From: Clostridiales bacterium
GTDB taxonomy: Bacteria > Bacillota > Clostridia > Lachnospirales > UBA12420
Assembly (NCBI GenBank): GCA_003452395.1
Contig: DMOI01000014.1
Location: 13,402-77,401 of the forward strand
Direction of reading: 5' to 3'
DNA length: 64,000 nt
Part shown: positions 61,400-64,000 of the stretch, one piece after another
Layout of the letters: every line of letters starts with the position of its first letter
How positions within the stretch are numbered: position 1 is the first letter of the stretch
The notes under the pieces: model-generated
Database searches by the model: none
What the model was told of the DNA's origin: nothing
The model's input: the letters and a program-made list of their open reading frames with translations, nothing else
Position numbers and translations under genes: made by a program

Positions 61400-62911
61400 T
61401 TATTTTATAAACTCACCCTGTTTTATATTCTTGGGATACGTTATAACATTGTCATACATTTTGACAGAATACTCACTATCACTCTTTACAATACAGTAAT
61501 TCTCATTTGAATTTTCTATCTCAATTTTAATAAATTTCGCAAGATTTCCAAGTATGACATATACACCTTGTATTTTACCTGAATTCTTTATCTTGAATAT
61601 ATTATCTTTTTTTGAAATAATTCTGTCGCTTATATGAACTGTTTCATCTTCTACTTTTATATAAACATTTTGTGAATCTTCACAAAAAATATCTATATCT
61701 TGCCTTACATTCGAACCACTTATTTTCTTAGTAATGAATCTCTTTTTAGTATCACTTGATATACATTCCTTTGGAATCACAAATACATTTACATTACATA
61801 CAGAAGAATTAGGAACTTTAATTCCTGCTGTTGCACTTTCAATAATTTCTATATCTATATTTCTAAATTGAAGAAAATTTTGCATTTGTTCTGTTATTCT
61901 AAATAGTATTGTATTTGTGTCCTTATTTTTTATTATATCCTGTATCTCAGCCTTTTGGGTTGCATGCATATTTACAAATCTAATTTTTTTATTCTCACCA
62001 ACTAGCCAATTTTCTGACTGCTTCGTACCTACTTTACAAGCAATATACCAATCATATGTACTTATGATTTTAAAAGCTGGGTCCCCTTTGTTAATCACTT
62101 CTTTTTTAGCAGAATTAATCATCTTTTTTAAATCAATATCCTTGTTGTCAAAAACGGTTAAAAAATTATCTTTCTTATATATATCTTCAAATCCATCTAT
62201 ATAATATGAAACAATACCAGATTCTTGGGATTTCACTGTTTTCTCATTTTCACTTAATTCTTTTTCATAAACTACTCTCTCGTCTTTATATCCTACTGTA
62301 GTGTCTGTATTTTCATTAATTACTAACGTATTTTTCAGATTTATTTTGCTTTCTATTTCATTTCTTAAAGAATATATATCAAAACTATAATTAGTGCCTA
62401 ATAACCTTTGATATTTCTTAATTGAATTATCTATATCTTTATTAATTTCTTCAAATTCTGGTTTATAGTATGAAACATCTTCTCTCTTCGTTTGAATTGT
62501 TTTTATTTCTTGATCTATTTTATCTATTTTTTCTGTTAAATTTGTTTCCGTATTTTTATCTTTTATTTTGAATACAACAAAATCTTTTGGCACCTTATCT
62601 CCCTCAGCAGAAAAGTATTCTATATTTCCAGAATAAGTTGAATAAACAACGGTTTCATTCCTTATTATTTTTCCAATTGTACTTATTTTATTTTCTATTT
62701 GACCAGGCTCTGCAATGCTAACAGGAATGTTTTTATGAAACACATTTACTGATAAACCATAAAAAGAATATATTAGTATTATAATAATTAAAAATCCAAT
62801 AAATCTATTTAACATAATGTTAGATTTTTTTCTTTTTCTTTTTTGTTTTCTATCTTTTTCATATTTCTCACTTTTATGTCTTTCAATATCATATCTATTA
62901 TTTATTGCCAT
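61400..62911 (-). CDS. membrane-anchored 503-aa protein (HlyD-like assignment tentative)
   Basis: Basic N-terminus plus a single TM (FIGFLIIIILIYSFYGL), then a long extracytoplasmic region. Confidence 0.35.
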   Translation of the reverse strand: MAINNRYDIERHKSEKYEKDRKQKRKRKKSNIMLNRFIGFLIIIILIYSFYGLSVNVFHKNIPVSIAEPGQIENKISTIGKIIRNETVVYSTYSGNIEYFSAEGDKVPKDFVVFKIKDKNTETNLTEKIDKIDQEIKTIQTKREDVSYYKPEFEEINKDIDNSIKKYQRLLGTNYSFDIYSLRNEIESKINLKNTLVINENTDTTVGYKDERVVYEKELSENEKTVKSQESGIVSYYIDGFEDIYKKDNFLTVFDNKDIDLKKMINSAKKEVINKGDPAFKIISTYDWYIACKVGTKQSENWLVGENKKIRFVNMHATQKAEIQDIIKNKDTNTILFRITEQMQNFLQFRNIDIEIIESATAGIKVPNSSVCNVNVFVIPKECISSDTKKRFITKKISGSNVRQDIDIFCEDSQNVYIKVEDETVHISDRIISKKDNIFKIKNSGKIQGVYVILGNLAKFIKIEIENSNENYCIVKSDSEYSVKMYDNVITYPKNIKQGEFIK

Positions 62912-63006
62912 GTTTTCAACTCCATTCTAACAGTGCGATATTTATATAATCTCAATTTTATTATAACAATATTATCTTATCACACCTATATAATTCATTT
63001 TAATAT

Positions 63007-63053
63007 AAAACATAAAAAAATTCAAGCATAAAGCTTGAATTTTTTTATGTTTT
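63007..63053. terminator. long perfect hairpin terminator
   Basis: aaaacataaaaaaattcaagc-ataa-gcttgaatttttttatgtttt. Confidence 0.65.
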
Positions 63054-63243
63054 ATATAGTACCTTTGTTTGCTCCGTTTATTACATAGTAGCATTTTCCA
63101 TCTTCTAATTTATAAAACAGCTCCATACTCTCGATGTCTTTTACCATCTTTCCTTCATTTTTCCAAGCTTCTTTTACCGCATTAACCATTTGTTCTTGAG
63201 TTACTTCGGTACCGTTTGCTTGTACAACAAAATTTACTTTCAT
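63052..63243 (-). CDS. small conserved hypothetical protein, 63 aa
   Basis: ORF track only. Confidence 0.45.
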   Translation of the reverse strand: MKVNFVVQANGTEVTQEQMVNAVKEAWKNEGKMVKDIESMELFYKLEDGKCYYVINGANKGTI

Positions 63244-63419
63244 CCTTATCTCCCCTTAATCATAATATTTTAAATGTATTCTACTTTTATTATAATATAT
63301 GTTTTTAATTTGTCAATAAAAATTTAAAAATGTTATTTATCTGTAACAATTAATATATAATTTAAGTGTAAGTGAAAACGCCTTACTTTTCATTTACACT
63401 TAAATCATGATAATTATTC

Positions 63420-63896
63420 TTATACTATAGGAAGTACATTATTTACTACATCTCCGATGTCTTCAAAAAATCCTGTTATTGGTTTATTATTTTTTATATC
63501 ACTCGCTAGTTTTTCTAATCTTTTAAATAAATCGTCCGTAGTAATTATAGTTATATCTCTCGTGTTTCCATATTGATTTATTACTTCTTGCTTTACTTTA
63601 TCCTTAAAATCATAAATATTAGCTGTAGTATTTAAACTTCTTAATTTCGTTCCTACCAATATATTATTTCCTGTCTTTATAATAATTACTTTATCAACAT
63701 CATCATTTTTTAATATCGTTTGTGCTAATATATTTGTATTATTATCATATATTTGTACATTTTCATTCTGTACATATTCTGTTTTACTTATCTCTTCTGC
63801 TGAAATCCTTGTTTGAATTTTTTCAGAATTTTTAGCACAACCTGTATAAAATAATAAACAACTTGTAAATACTAATAGTATAAAATATTTTTTCAC
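63420..63896 (-). CDS. YhcN/YlaJ-type sporulation lipoprotein
   Basis: Signal peptide with lipobox FYTGC. C-terminal KPITGFFEDIGDVVNNV pattern. Confidence 0.6.
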   Translation of the reverse strand: MKKYFILLVFTSCLLFYTGCAKNSEKIQTRISAEEISKTEYVQNENVQIYDNNTNILAQTILKNDDVDKVIIIKTGNNILVGTKLRSLNTTANIYDFKDKVKQEVINQYGNTRDITIITTDDLFKRLEKLASDIKNNKPITGFFEDIGDVVNNVLPIV

Positions 63897-64000
63897 AAAA
63901 TCACCCCGCTTTAGTTAACATTAAGCAGTTAGCACTCACAAAAGGCGAGTAAAGATTTATCATCTGCTAACCGCAACTGTTAACTGATATCTATACTCTT

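Noticed and set aside
63905-64000. Long imperfect hairpin (gttaac...gttagca / tgctaac...gttaac) upstream of the lipoprotein gene, considered as a riboswitch, T-box or terminator.
   Set aside because: It is truncated by the window edge, has no recognisable conserved riboswitch core, and cannot be evaluated without the flanking sequence.

Overview
AT-rich Firmicute chromosomal window. It looks Clostridium-like from gene content and sepF-yggT-lspA-rluD synteny, but no search was run. Almost every gene is on the minus strand. There are four blocks. (i) 1-6.3 kb: a Wadjet-type jetA-jetB...jetC operon. jetC runs off the left edge, and two genes plus a GC-rich structured element are inserted between jetB and jetC. 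(ii) 7.06-17.5 kb: a graveyard of decayed integrative elements. It is bounded by a 137-bp perfect direct repeat that is a relic of the rlmD 3' end. It holds IS200, RAYT-like and IS1182-like remnants, several pseudogenes and orphan genes. (iii) 17.5-54.95 kb: a ~37.4-kb HK97-like siphovirus-type prophage integrated into the 3' end of rlmD, with a 17-bp core repeat and matching arm motifs. Its attL-proximal ~14 kb is cargo. The cargo comprises an uncharacterised 55aa-GNAT-HNH-like-934aa membrane operon; a composite m5C restriction-modification locus that includes an ASCH protein and a 517-aa endonuclease III-like HhH/Fe-S protein; a Ku + ATP-ligase pair; and a four-gene RHH-type operon behind a palindromic operator. 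(iv) 54.9-64 kb: housekeeping genes (rlmD, ferredoxin-like, rluD, lspA, yggT, sepF, sporulation lipoprotein). The best candidates for something undescribed are the ASCH/TM/HhH-FeS/m5C-MTase/MutH-BcnI-like cassette (22.2-28.0 kb), the GNAT/HNH-like/934-aa membrane operon (17.8-22.1 kb) and the SD-like heptamer arrays at the jet gene junctions. All family calls come from motif recognition by eye and memory of family signatures. No database search, alignment program or structure prediction was available.
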